Shown here piece after piece: positions 49,903 to 63,702 of a DNA stretch of 64,000 bases. Within the stretch, counting starts at the first letter, position 1. Every line of letters starts with the position of its first letter. The stretch is taken from assembly GCA_973895155.1 (NCBI GenBank), contig OZ316897.1, forward strand, positions 22,543,455-22,607,454, in the 5' to 3' direction. A program made the translations under genes and the position numbers. The notes beneath the pieces were generated by a model. That model had not been told where the DNA came from, did not search any database, and worked only from the letters and a program-made list of their open reading frames with translations. This DNA comes from Marsupella aquatica (taxonomy: Eukaryota; Plantae; Marchantiophyta).

Positions 49903-52900
49903 TTTTTATAGAAAGGGACCAAACAAAGTACAAAAGAACAAACAAAAGAGGGTCCAAGTGGACAAAACCAAACGTAAAAGAAGTGAACAAAAGGGAACCT
50001 CTAAACACCAATAAAGAGGAACTAAAAGTAAGAAATGAGCAATAGGGAACCCCTAAAAACCTTGAAAGAGGGACTAAAACTAACCCAAACGGACCGAGGT
50101 CCTCATCATTCCTAGCAATTGTGGCAAACAGCTAATGGTCCACATCAAGGGTCAAAACTAGATCGGCAAGTGTGATTGGAACATCCTCTAGGGGAGCTAG
50201 CTGCTACGGAGGCACACTAGCACCCACTGTAAGAGATCGACGATAGATGGCCCGAGCTTGAGCACGCTGTAAGGTGACTGAAATGCGTTGGCGAAAGTGT
50301 GTGGTCAAATCAGATAGTGGGGGTCCGGTGGGACCCATTCGGCCATGAACATCCCGGGCAGCTTGCCCAAGAAGCCCATCAAACTGAGGATGAAGACGCC
50401 CAAATAGCTCTAGAGCAAGGGGGAGGAAGCTGTCGGATGAAGCTCATGCAGCATATTTGGCCTCCTTCGTTGTTGCCGCACGTGACGCTGCTACCCCTGC
50501 CGTTGTTGCCGTTGTCCCAAGGATGTCTTGGCGCAATGAGTTTGCCACCACTACATCTGCCAAAGTACGTTGACCCTCCCGGACCATGGTAAGATCCACC
50601 CGTAACCGCTGTGATGGAGGAGCAAGTAACTCGAGTACCACCTCCCGCCGCATGCATACCAAAGAGCCAGAGAGGACCTGAGCAGTCGCATCTCGCACAG
50701 CATCATGAACAATAATGGTTTCACCTCCCAAACTGCACCGAAGAAGATGGACACCTGTGGCATCACAAGGCTTTCCACAAGTGCAAGAAGGAGGTAAACC
50801 TGCAAGAAGTGGATGGGGCAGCCCCATACGAAGACGCATGGCTGTGGAGAACTCCGCCGAAGACATCCGCAAATGAGGAATGACTGGATTGGCCTGAAGC
50901 CATCCTCCTGCGCCCTTCCCTCCAGAAGAAAGAATCCAAGCTCGGTCCGTGTCAGGTGCCTCGGAGAGAATGCTGGAAAGGGTGAAAGCGTGCATACGCC
51001 CAGCGAGGTCTGCCTGAAGACGGACGGGGTCCAAGGATAAAAACTCCTGAAAAGAAGGTAACGTAGCACGAACAGGATCTGGTAATGATGACCGTGCCGC
51101 GCGCAAATGAACCTGAAATGGGAGGGAACCCTCCTCTACCTCCATGAGAGATGAAAGTAAAAAAGGGCGATCCTCAATAAGGAAACGATCGGCCAGCAAT
51201 GAGAAGGCGGCCGCCCACGCACCCAAAAAGGCCAAAGGTGCAAGGCTCTCAATGGAAGTAAGACCAAAATCACCCTGCAAAATAGGAAGACCGAGTTGTC
51301 GATGAAGCCACGGAGATGAGAGCAACATACTCGGCCCTAAAAGAGAGGCCAGAGTCTCATGAATGGAGACATCAAATGCTCGAAGGTGGAGACAAAGATC
51401 CTCGGTAGGGGATGCGTCCTAGCCAGATAAGACGCACGAGGGTGGATGCACCTCAACAACATCCCAAATGCTGCCTGAGAATCTGCTAACTTAGGGAGCA
51501 TAGGAGTAGGGGCTAAGGCAGTCTGTAGAGCGTCAGCGATGAAAGATGAGCAAAAGGAGGCGGTACCGACTGGAGAGCCAAGGACCCGAAGACCATCGGC
51601 TGGACGTAAGAACCCAGGGGGAAGCACAAGATCAGAGGGTAACCCAGCTGGACTCCATGCACGACTCTTCATAGGCTGAACCCGTAAACCGAGGCCCATC
51701 AAATGGGTGGAAAGAGTGGCGAGGGCAAAAGTAACCACGGCAGGAGGACCAATGATGTGGGTGTCATCTGAAAGGGAGGGGAAGATACACTGGGGGTGGG
51801 CCATGGCGGCCTCCCGTAAAGCTGTAAAATGGGCAATGGCAAAAAGAGGCCCACCCAAAGGGTCACCCTGACGTGTACCTCTACAGAAGAAAGAGTGGTA
51901 TACACTCCTATAGAGGAGTGATGACTATAGAAGAGTGGGGCCTCGAGTCCATAAAAACAACGGACAAAGGGGATCAGAGACTGGATGTCTGGATCCGCCG
52001 CCCTCAAAGCACGAAAAATGGCTGCCCGAGAAACCGTATTAAAAGCGTTAGAGACATCAACCTGGAGGACAAGTGGAGGTCCAAGGTAGCTCGAATACCC
52101 GTAATAACTGTCTCACAACCGCCAGGAACGCCCACTGCAAACTGATGTGGAGAGAGATGATCCAATAGTGCAGAGCAAAACTGCGAGGAAAGTGTGCGAG
52201 ACACCAGACAAAGAAAAACCTCCCCAATAGCAATTGGCCGAACACCCGGTGAAGACTTAGCCATGGCCAATAAATGAGAAGCACTCAAGAGCTGAGAGAC
52301 GGGAGGAGGCAAACGACCGGCTGCAATACACTGGCAAAAGGAGAAGAAAACTGGAAAACCAGACTGAGGATCCTCAGGGGGGAATAAATCACGAAAATGC
52401 TCAAAGACATAGCCGGAGGGGCCACCAGCAGCGCAACGCGGGGCATGGAGGAAGGCATAGGTGAAGTGGTCCCTACTAAACTGAAGATCCTCCTCAGGCT
52501 CAAAATCCTCTACGAACAAAGGGAGCTGATCATGGGGCTACAGATGGAGATCCTGAAGGGCCGTCGAGGTGACCTCGCCAGGGGGGGCTGGTGTGGTGGG
52601 AGAAAGGGCCTGGACAGCCCGACGATATTCACCAGCCTGGGCTAAACGACAAGAGCGATGAAGACGTCTATGCTCAGGAGGATGAGAGTGGCGAGCTGGG
52701 TCAGACAAAGCACGGGCGGTAAAAGACCGGGCGTGAAGAAAGTACTCTTCCTGAAGCTGCTCCAAATCTCCCCGCAAAAAATGATGGATACAAGAGGCAG
52801 TCTCACGGTGACCCACACGACCACCATGACTAGGGAGGGTAAGAGTCCACTGTGGAAAAAGCATCAGTAAAGACCAGTAGGAGATCTCCATAGGATGCGC

Positions 52901-53760
52901 CAAGATAAGCTACATGAGTTGCAACAAGGAGGACCGAACTAAAGGGCGCAGCGCTAGAGGAATGTGGTTATAAAGGCGAGGTCTAATGTACCTTGGATGG
53001 TAGGCTGGAAGGGGGTCTAGAGTGCGAACCCAACTCCATGCCTGCTCGGGAGCCTCCAAGGAGGGAGGGGCAGAGCTAACAGGGTCAATAGGGAGCTGAG
53101 GCTGGGATTGTGCTTGCTGGCAACGATGGCACCGCCCCCGCTCGCGATGATGAGGGAGGGAGATGCCCACCCATCCACAGTCAGGACAAGTATGCAGGGG
53201 ACGCTCGTCCGGGGAGGGAGCAGGGAAAGACTGGACAGGAGGTGGGGGTGGAACAGATCTGGATGAGGAGGCCGGAGGAGGATGGTAAATGGGTGGAGGG
53301 GGAATGGGGTGGGGAGAGGAGCCAGGGCGACGATGGGGTGGACAGTAGACTGGGGGGATTGGCAAAGCATCGGGCATGGGGTCATCACGAAGATGAGAGA
53401 GATCCAATGAAGAAGAGCAAACACGAAGACGACCACGAGGGGGTGGGGAGGACGGGGGAGAAGTGTGTGGTGAGGCTGGGCGCTTGCCCCGCGCCAACAC
53501 TCTCAACGCAGACATGACGGGCCACAACCCGGTAAAAGCAAAAACACATCAAGAAGCGACAAAAGGCCCAACCAAGGCATGTGAAAAGAAAGGGGAGGTG
53601 ATGGAGAGAGCCCACCGCATCAGGTCGAGAAACGGCACCAACTGCCAGCCTAGAAAACCATTGAGCAGGTGCATTTATTGTTACTCCTCATGTCAGGTCG
53701 AGAAACGGCACCAACTGCCAGCCTAGAAAACCATTGAGCAGGTGCATTTATTGTTACTCC
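49903..53760 (-). mobile_element. CRE/R2-group non-LTR retrotransposon with restriction-like endonuclease, frameshifted
   Basis: N-terminal CPDC...HH zinc finger. RT motifs GVRPIAIGE, HQFAVGVPGGCE, QVDVSNAFN, QGDPLGGPLF and LSDD. CTCG...HLLRC knuckle, HDAVRD, RVDL...LADV and KEAKY, then C-terminal FRQRISVTLQRAQA. The coding region is ~50132-53527; element ends are approximate. Confidence 0.88.
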
Positions 53761-54492
53761 GAATGGAATGAGGAGTAACAATAAATGCACATCAAAAAGG
53801 AAAAAGAACAATAAATTTTATTATGGCAAATCTGCTTTTTTACTTAGGCCGGTGCCACTGGGCATAACACAGTGTGCTGGTATTCTTTATGTGCATTTCA
53901 CTGGAAAAGCAGGAAATTGGCTACCTTATCCTAAACTATAATACACAGTTGCGCCAAAAAATGGCGTGGTCGTCATTCAAATTTGGAGTGTCCTTTTGGG
54001 TGAGAATAATTGAAACCTGTAAATATGGAACCAATAAGGGGAGGGGAAAAAAAAGGAACATGAGAAAACCTGGTACAGGGTTTGGTGTGCACAAAACAAG
54101 TACACAAAGATGCACAAGACAGGTACTATTGTACCTTCAGGTACAACATATGAGCTCATTACTCTTAGGAGCCCCAGGTACAAGGTATAAAGGGGATAGA
54201 GAAAGGAGGTACAATTGTACCATCAGAGTACAACTTTTAAGAGAGAGGGAAGAACGTAGCTTCTTTCCTTTTGGAGTTTGGAGCTCTCTATTCCAAGCCT
54301 TGTGAGCTTATAAGGGCTCCAGGCATTTAATGAGTACTTTTAAGCAACAACAACTACCCAATGGCAAGAAGAGGGAGTGTGAAGAGGAGCAATACCCATT
54401 ACCCAATAGCTAGAAGAGGGAGAGCGATGAGGGAGAGTGAAGAGGAAGGGATGATGACTCCTGAGACTACCCTGGCCCTGGCCTCATCCAAA

Positions 54493-54790
54493 CAACGTAG
54501 TTTTTAGGTGCAAACTTTTGCCAAATTCCACCTCCCCAAAATATGTTCACCACTTTTTCCGTCACTTTTGCCAAAAAATTGCTAGATTCATACCATTGGC
54601 CACTCTCCCACCAAATCATGGACCCCATTTGCCAAAATCTAACCGTTGTACGTCAATCTAGGGATATCTGATGAAAAAGATATAATTCAAGAAAAATTGT
54701 TGAAGAATACTCCTAGCATTTCCTTCCTTTGAGAGGCTGACATTTGTCACACTGGCCAAAAACAAAAAATAATGTTGTAAAAAATGCTAG
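54493..54790. mobile_element. Diverged inverted copy of the 49046/58041 MITE family
   Basis: TTCCACCTCCCCAAAA and CACTTTTGCCAAAAAATT are reverse complements of segments in 58230-58272. Confidence 0.45.
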
Positions 54791-55049
54791 ACCCAACATC
54801 CCGGGGTGGAACGAAACCCGAGACCCCAAGGTCCCATCCCCAACCTAACTCAATCTTGCCCCGGGTTCCAACTCCCCAACAACCCCTCAGTTGTTGTAAT
54901 TATGTCTTGCCACTTTGTTTAGCACAGGAAGAGGCATGGGGTGGGGGCCAAAATATCTGGACTAAAGTTGGTCCGGGGGTGGCAGGTCCTCTAATGTTGG
55001 AAAGTGTTGCAAACCACACCACCACCCCAGGGGGGCATGGTATTGGCGA

Positions 55050-55615
55050 GTAAGGAGCCGAGTAAACTTGGATGAGGTTACCAAAGGGGTTCCATGCAAG
55101 GGGTAGGCAAATTGTTTTGTTGAAAAGTGGGCTGAGTCGTGCCGTTGCCCCAAGGGGAATTGGCATTGGGGCAGCCACAGCCAAGTAAGCGGCCACGGTC
55201 AACTTTAAGCAAACTAAGCTTAAAGTAACCAAAAAAATTGGGGTTACTGATGGGGTTCCAAGATATATGCAAGGGTAGGGAAAGGGCCGTTGAAAAGTCA
55301 GCCAAGCTGCTCCGTTACTCGGGGGGGTCTTGACATTGGGGCGGTCAATGCCAATTAAGCTATTGCGGCGACTTTAAGTAAGAACTCTAAGGTAGCCAAA
55401 ACTTTGGGCCCAATGGGGTTCTAAGATGCAAGGGGTAGTGAAGAGTTGTTGAAAAGTCAGCCAAGCCGTGTCATTATCCCAAGGGGTCTTGGCATCCCGC
55501 TCGGCATTGGGGCGGCCAAAGCCAAGTAAGCAGCCATGGTAACTTTAAGTAAAAAGCTTAAAGTAACAAAAACTTTGGGGTTATCAATGGGGCTTCAGGA
55601 TGCAAGGGGTGGCAA
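55050..55615 (+). repeat. Three diverged ~170-185-bp tandem units
   Basis: ATGCAAGGGGTAG...GTTGAAAAGT...CATTGGGGC...AACTTTAAG recurs three times. Confidence 0.75.
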
Positions 55616-55669
55616 AAAAGTGGCAACAACTTAACAACTTTTTTTACTTAACATGGTTTACTAGCACTA

Positions 55670-56991
55670 TTTTCAATTGTACTTAAGAACATCTTTTACT
55701 TCACAACTTACATCTTTGTCTAATGACATCCCTTTACTTATCGACCATTTTGTACTTAACAAAAAAATACTTAATAACATCTTTCGTGAAACATCATCTT
55801 TTACTTGACAACATCTTGGACATAAAGACATCTTTGGTGCAACGACATCTTTTACTTCACAACATTTTTCACATAAGAACATTTTTTCTTCACGACACCT
55901 TAATTTGGCATCTCGACATCATAGTTCTTAATGACATCTTTTTACTTCACAACATCTTTCACATATTAACAACTTCTTTGGCAACATGACATCTTTTTTC
56001 TTAACGACATCTTTGGCAACATGACATCTTTTTATTTAAAAAAATCTTTGACAACACAACGTGTTTTTACTTAACAAAATTGTTGGCAACATCACCTTTT
56101 TTCATGACAACATCTTTGGCAACACAACATATTTTTTCTTAATGACATCTTTTGTGCAACGCACGGGTATTGAGCCATCTTTCACATATTAATGACATAT
56201 TGGGTGAAATGACACCTTTTTATTTATAACATCTTTTACTTCACAATCACTTAGTTTGGCAAAATGACACCTTTTTCTTAACGCCATCTTTCACATAATG
56301 ACATCTTTGGAAAAATGACTTCTTTTTTCTTAACGACATCTTTTTACTTCATGACATCTTTCAGATAACAACATCTTGGGCGACACAACATCTTTTGTGC
56401 AATGCACTGATATTTTTCCTCAATGATGTCTTGGCCAACACGACATCTGTTTTCTCAACGACGTCTTGGCCGACACGACTCTTTTTTCATAATGATGTCT
56501 TGCCCGACACAACATATTTTCTCTCAACGACGTCTTGGCCGACATGACATCTTTTTTCTCAACGACTTCAAGATTTGCCAACACAAGATCCTTTATCTCA
56601 ATGATTTCTTGGCCGGTCACACGACATCTTTTTTATCAATGAGATCTTGGCCAACACGACATCATTTTTCTCAACGACCTCTTGGCCAATACAACTTTTT
56701 TTCTCAACAACCTCTTGGTCGACACGACATCTTTTTTCTCAACATAATCTTGGCCGACATGACATCTTAGTTGACACGACATCTTTTGTTCTCAACGACA
56801 TCTTGGCCGACACGACATATTTTGTTTATCATCAACATCTTGCCGACACGACATCTTTTGTTCTCAAAAATTTCTTGGGCGACACGACATCTTTCTTCTC
56901 AACAACCTCTTGGCCGACATGACCTCTTTTGTTCTCAACGACATCTTGGCCGTCACGACATCTTTTGTGCAACGCACGGGTATTGAGCTAG
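55670..56991 (+). mobile_element. Non-autonomous Helitron-like element built of GACATCTT minisatellite
   Basis: The 3' terminus GTGCAACGCACGGG-TATTGAG-CTAG|T (56967-56992) is a hairpin plus CTAG before T, as in plant Helitrons. The interior is (ACGACATCTT(T)n/CTTGGCC) repeats. The 5' end is not defined. Confidence 0.65.
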
Positions 56992-58040
56992 TGGAACCAT
57001 ATTTCAGGAAGGGAGGGCATCTCTTGTCCACAAAAAGTCTGCCTCACAACAAGAACTCCTTATGTACTAGCCATCAAATAATTTTATGACCTTTATGAGA
57101 TCTCATTTATGGACTTATTTTCCTTATACTGGCCATAAAATAATTTTATGGTCTTTATGGTGTCTTATTTATGGCGCTGTTATGGACCAAAACTTTTTAA
57201 ACATAATTCTTCACCTTTAGAACCGGCAATCAGGCTACTGGTACTGCAGTTCTGGAATCTATTAACCCCAAAACGTAAATTAGACAGTACTTGAAAAGGC
57301 AAAGAAACGTACTGTACCTCACATCAGGTACATCCGTGCTGAACTGCTGGATATCACTCATAGTCTCGTGTGCAACAATACTCTGAGCATACCATAACTA
57401 TTTTAAATCCCATTGGTATTGTCATCAATGAAATGTGTCAAGGTCTCCCGCCCGAGTCCCAAAAGTCCCAAAAGGCACCATCACCCAGCACTTATCTATT
57501 CACTTAATGTACGATTTGTGTTATAAATGCCCATGGCATTATTTACGCATTTTTTTACATATACATGATTTGCCCTATGTAATAAAGGTACGGGATGTCA
57601 TCTCTTGCCGGGTCAAGGGACCCTTTGTACCCCAGGCTCTCGGTATTGTGCATTTATGTCTTTTAGTGCCAAAATTGATAAATCTATGTGTCCACTCAAA
57701 GACAAAGTCACAAAGAGGATTTATGTACTTTAGTGCCAATATTTTGTGCATTTTTGTTGCATTTACAAAGTAAATTTTTTGTAGTGTCAGGGCACCACAT
57801 GGTTGGCCTGTACTAATAGAGGGAATACACTTACACACAGTTCAATGCAGGTTCACTTAATGATGCATGATGATGCCTGTGATCATCCTTGGTCAAGATT
57901 GTTTTGCTAGCAGCCACCGTCAGAAACAGATCGGTCAGCAGATAATTATGACGATACACTGCACTCATGGGTTACGTGTACCACGTGCTGTAAAACGGCA
58001 GGGAATAGAGTCAATAGAAGGAGCACTGTACTACCACAAT

Positions 58041-58304
58041 CAGCGTATATTTTAAGGATTTTAAGGATTTCACTTTTTAGCCACAGTGGCGAATGTAAAG
58101 TGTGTGAGAGAAGATACTCAGAAGATTTCATATTCAATTATTTTCATGACCATTAGATTTCCCTAGATTTAAGGCTGACCATTAGATTCTGGCTAATGGG
58201 GCCTAGGATTAGGTGAAACAATGGCTGCTAATTTTTGCCAAAAGTGGCTAACGATTTTTGGGGAGGTGGAATCTAGCTAATATTCGCCACTAAAGAAAAC
58301 ACTG
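58041..58304. mobile_element. hAT-like MITE with 8-bp TSD
   Basis: CAGCGTATATTT...AAAGAAAACACTG imperfect TIRs. The perfect TSD ACCACAAT is at 58033-58040 and 58305-58312. Confidence 0.85.
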
Positions 58305-60590
58305 ACCACAATACCAGAGTCGAGTCAGCAGCCACCACACTTCCACACGTTGACCCACTGCATACCTACTGTACCATGTCAAGAGAACGATACAGTTTCT
58401 GGATAAATGCACATTTCATACAAGCTTACCTTGGATTATTGTATGCCATCTTGTTCCTCTCTTTTTTGTTTTTTTAGGCACTCCAGGATAAGTAGTTTTT
58501 AAGCATTTTTTTAAAGTGCACATAGGGCTAAAATCATTTTGCTAAATGATAAATTTCTAAGCGCTTACCCTGGATAAGTGATTAAATGCCCTTATATGTA
58601 AATGCATAAACTCCAGAAATGTCATTTATCGATAAAGACATGTCCATTATTGGTAGAGTACATAATGCACTTAAAGAGTTTGGGCAAAAGAATTAGGGCA
58701 GGGATCAAAGTAAGAGGCTGACTACTGTTTCTTTTAGTCCAAATGGCAGATGGACCTATATTGAAGGGAAATACAATGCTGAGGCAATGGACCAGGCAGG
58801 AAGCTCCATAGTTGAAAGGGACTACTCAATCTATACTGCCGTCTGTACTGAAGAAGTTGTGTAGGCCCAATGTAGGAATTGTAGTCCACTTTTGTTTTTA
58901 CTATGCATTGGACACAGAATGTTGTCATTTTGAAATAAAGTCTGATTTCACTGAATGTTGGTGTGATCTGGGTATATTGTAGTATTTACAATGTGCATGG
59001 TGAGTTTTGGAGTCCATATCATTGTTCATTCACTTGGTAGTGTTCAATCTGCCATCGCCCACACAACTTGGTCTCAAATACCTAGAAACCCTGGATAATT
59101 ACACATTTAACAAAGGATCCCAAATTAAGCACACTTATCAAGTCATGCAACACCTGCTTTAGTACACTCCAGATTCTTCTTCCCGAGAGTGTGCATTTAT
59201 CCAGAGTTCACTATCACAAAGTACAACAGTCCTGTCACATATAATATTCAACAGCCATGTCAAGGAATTGAGCCCTTGAGGCAAGCATGTCCCCGCTGCT
59301 ATCCGGGGAGGTTAATAATCTCGCATTGGACAGTACATGAATTACTTTTTTTCCTTTGTTCAATGAAAATGATATAAAAGCTCTTAGTGGACTCTCCCAC
59401 ATCCCAATAGTGACATAAGTAAGGAACTCATTTAAGGGTGAGCAGTCACGGATGGGACAGGACCGAGAGAGCGAGAGAACTGAACCAGAATCACAAAGTG
59501 AACAATAACGAGATAATCAAAACTCTCATCCACTACTTATATCTCTCGAGAGATATTTGATTGACCCTCAAAATGCAAAGTGTTTCATGATGGACCCATG
59601 AGTGATCCAGAACCTCAAATTAATGTACCCAAAAGCTCATGGAGTCTATCAAGTAAATCATTTTCAATTTAGGGGTCCATCAAATACATCTCTCCAGAAA
59701 TCTCACCCACACACATATACCCTTCACACCTCTATTTGTGGAAATGAGATTGAACCTGGGACCTTTTTAGTTCCAAGCTAATCCCCTAGTCAAGTGACAT
59801 AAGCCAGTTGGTTTGAACTTGCAAGCCAAGTACTCAAGTGAGCCTGTTTTTCGATATGCAGTCTCATGATAAGTTAATTGCAAAGTGTTTGTCATGTTTC
59901 ACATCACCTCAGCAATTTTAGCCACAAACACTTTGTGTGTATCATGACCCAAGAAAGATAACAATTTGGGAGATTAGACAACTTTGAAAGGCAATGGGAG
60001 GCCAAAAAAAGTGTTGTGACCCATTTATTTACCTCTTGATTTATAATATCATGTTTTCCAATTTAATTTCTTTACTTTAAAATGGTGACGTAACTCTAGT
60101 CATTAGATCTGATTGATTAACTCATTTCATCAATCACTGGCTAACAAAGAGGATAGTTATTGATAGTGTACAACAGTCACAAGAAAATGTGCATGCCATT
60201 GGAATTTTGGATTCATAGATCACATCACATGTTCATAAATAATGGTGATGGGATGCACAGTAAACCAGCAACACTTTGAGTTAGTCAATTTTTCTTTTCA
60301 TGATGTATTTTGTATGCTACTGGTGTACATCAACATCCTGAGATGGAAGTCTGTTTCTCCTAAGATTTTTCTGAGTTGTTACCGAGCTTTGAGGCCTAGA
60401 TACTAAATCATTTTGGACAAAACCAATTCCTCAAAACTATCTGATAACACCCAACAAACCTATCACATGAAAGAGATTGAAGGGAAACAGACAAGGAAAA
60501 AACGAGTTGGGATCAGCAATGCAAATGAAAGAAAATGGGGGGAGCTCAAGGTTGGCCAAGGGGGAAAGAAATTTGAAACTGCAAGTTTAG

Positions 60591-60727
60591 GTTTAGATGA
60601 GACTTTTCAGCTTTAGCCACTAATTAGTTTTTACTTTGTCAAGATTTCAATTGTTTAGTTTAGGTGAGACTTTTCAGCTTTAGCCACAAATTTAGTTTTT
60701 ACTTTTGTCAAGCTTTCAATTGTTTAG
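60591..60727 (+). repeat. ~67-bp tandem duplication
   Basis: GTTTAG.TGAGACTTTTCAGCTTTAGCCAC...TTCAATTGTTTAG occurs twice. Confidence 0.85.
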
Positions 60728-63702
60728 CTCAGGGCTAGCCCTAAAATAATTATTGGAATTTGATATGTTCATGACTGGATGAAATGAAGTCTAGTGGTGA
60801 GATGCTTTGATTGGTTTTCGGCATGATTGCTTCGAATATCGAGCAAGGGCACGTTAGAAAATACGAAGACAGATCCAATTTGTTTAGTCTTCATGTGTCA
60901 TGGTAGTATGAGGTTTTGATGGGGATATTTTCGATTCGGTTGGGCACCTTGTTGGTATTATGAAAACATCATCCCCGCCCCCCCTCCCCCTCAAAATAAA
61001 AATGATTGGACCTTGACCAAATCCCAAGAGTCAATGATTTGTTTTGTCTATTTTGTGAGGGAGTTGAATTTTGTGGTGAATGCCTCCTTTCCATGATTTC
61101 AAATATATTTAAAGTCTCATTAAAAAGTACACGTGTTGAGAAATCAATGGCGTAGGGCCATAATATATCAGCACATGACTTAAAGTACCTCAAAAAGGGT
61201 AGATGCAATTAATTGAAAAATAGCACATCTATGATACATGTACATTATCGTTGTTTCTCACCATTTTGGAGCCAAGTAAACATTGGATTACAGTGGCCTC
61301 TCTCTAACTGCAAACTCTTCTATGCATTTTTCAGACTGTACTGTGTGGAAATCAGGGATAATAAATTGAGTGCAGAAGGATTATTCATAGGGACAAGGGA
61401 AGGGTGAAAATTGGATATGCCTGGCAGTGCAAGCGAGTTTCTGACAATTAAATTTCTATACCCACTGACAGCAATTAAATTGTGTCTTAAGTGCGTGCAC
61501 TATTCTTGGTCAGCCGAGCAGCCAAATGAGATCTTTAAGATCTTGCTGTAGATTCCTTTCAAATGTAAACTTCTGTAGGAGGCTGGGGATAATCCTGCTG
61601 GTAATCACACATCAAAATGTGGTTCCAATCATTGATTGAAAGAAAAAAATTAGTATTATCACGGTATACAGGGGTGCCATACATAGTATATGTCATATTT
61701 TGGGGATAATGAGTGGAGAATGTGGGGTGGCTTATTTTTTTTTGTTTGGAAGGGTGACTTTCACTGAGACAGTCAGAGATAACCAAAATTCTAAGGTGGG
61801 TAAGCCAAAGGAAATTGACCCAAAGATATGGCAAGCATATGAACCCGGTGAGCTTTACGTAGATGGTAACTGGGAACCACATTAGAGCCTACAGTAGGTA
61901 AGCTAAGGGAAATGACCCAAAGATAGGGGCAAGCATATGAACGTCTGATGGAATAGGTTACTCACATGGCCTCCTCTCAAGATGGTTATTAGGGTATCTC
62001 AAAGTTGATAATTTGATATACTTTAATTCCCTAGTTATTGATTATGGACACAAACAGTTAAGGACTACAAAATTCATAGTCCATAACTATTTACCTCAAG
62101 GATTGATCTTATGCCATTATCATTAGTCAATGTAGAGACTGGTGAAAGAAAAAAGAAAAAATGTTTAGATAATCTTCTGAAAAACTTATGACCATTTTTA
62201 TGATCAAATGCACCATCTGTAATTTGAAGCTTTGAGTGCCCGATTGAGTTAGTTGCATGGTCCCAAAATAGGACTGAAGTTCCCTTTCTACATCTTGAAG
62301 CCCCAACCTGTTGGTTTAGCACGATAGACCTAAAGCAACCACGACAGGGTTGTCAACTTAGTTGGTATTTAAACCGTTAAAATCTCTCTGTAACTGTATA
62401 AACCAGGTTGCAGCCGCTCTATCTGGGCAGAAACAGGTCATCCGAGCCCACACAACGATTTTGGGGAGAATTGGCTCTCACCCTTGTTTTTCACCACCCT
62501 CCCTGAATTTTGTGGCAGGTTTGAGGTTCCAGTAGGACACACTTTTCCACCAACGCTTTTATATAGTAGCAGACAGATGCATCCTCCAAAGGCAGCAAGC
62601 ATTTTCATCATACCAATATCTAGCACTAAAAAAGCATAATCCATGGAAACGGGTTGGCAATTCTTTGGGGTTCATCACTCACAATGATGAACCCTTTGCC
62701 CCAAATAATTAGTATCAGGTTAATTAGTTCTTCTGTTTTTTGTGAGAGAGTTGAACTGGTTAACGCCAAAACCGAGGCTTAAGCTGAAGCCCAAATGGAC
62801 CCTACAAGCATGACAAAACGCCCCCAAACAGATTGTGATAACTTGTATGGGCCTTGGCCAAATGTCTATTTTGAGTCGGATGATTTTATTCACACTTCCG
62901 TCTGTAGCATGACTGAGGCAACAAGTATTGTGTCCAGTACAGCAAGTAGTCCACCAGTTAATAATTAATTAAGGGTTTAACAGTTGTGAGAATGGGCTCA
63001 AGTTCACTCTTATTTGCCTCTCCTCGGCCGACCAGCTTGGCGGTTGCACTTGATGAAATTGGGTGACATTTTCAGATCTACCCATGCAAAATCAGCGTCT
63101 TAAATTGGTGCTCCTTGATTGCAGTTCGTGAATTGCCTCTGACAGTTTTCAATTGTGTTTCGGGATCGTTTGCATGCATACAAAACATGCAAAAACGAGA
63201 AGGCAACTGATCAATCCAACAATTGGACTGCCCATTTTCATTCTCACTCTTCACATTCTCATTGTCTAGCTGACACTCTTCTATCTCACTGTTCACCTGT
63301 GAACGCTTCGCATCCACAACCTTCCTCTGCCAGCCGCAACTTAAATCAGATACACGTTGCAGGTTTCAGTTCACGACAGGTGAGAAGCACAGGCACCCAG
63401 CAGCAGCTCATTTCAATCAAGCTCCACTCCACACTGTTGACTGTTCTGAGTGGTGTGTATCTTGTGGTGGAGCTTGCTGTTCTCGGATCGGGAGCAGCCG
63501 AGCTGCAACTTCAACGAGATACTCGTGAGCCGGTAGAGTGAGAGTGGGAGGCAGAGCATGAGATTGGAATGAGACTGTGAGTGTTAGAGTATCTACGAGC
63601 TCGATGCGAGCAGCAGTTCGTCAGTTGGAGTTTTTGGTGGGTGGGTCGAGCTGGAGAAGCTAGCTGGGCTCGTGAAGCAGCCGTAGCAGCAGCAGTGCAG
63701 GG

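Larger units (their letters stand above)
49629..57184. mobile_element. Long inverted-arm (foldback/MULE-like) element hosting nested insertions
   Basis: Arms at ~49629-49770 and ~57058-57184 are reverse complements (CATAACAGC...; CATAAAATTATTTTATGGCCA twice per arm). No TSD confirmed. Confidence 0.5.

Noticed and set aside
55673-56986. Several 70-115-aa ORFs with repeated RHL/TTS motifs
   Set aside because: Translations of the Helitron minisatellite.
57772-57786. CACTA-type end (TTTTTTGTAGTG)
   Set aside because: No matching CACTACAA partner or 3-bp TSD was found in the window.
59740-59810. B-box-like GGTTCAATC on the minus strand
   Set aside because: No cloverleaf, tail or TSD, so it is too weak to call a tRNA or SINE.
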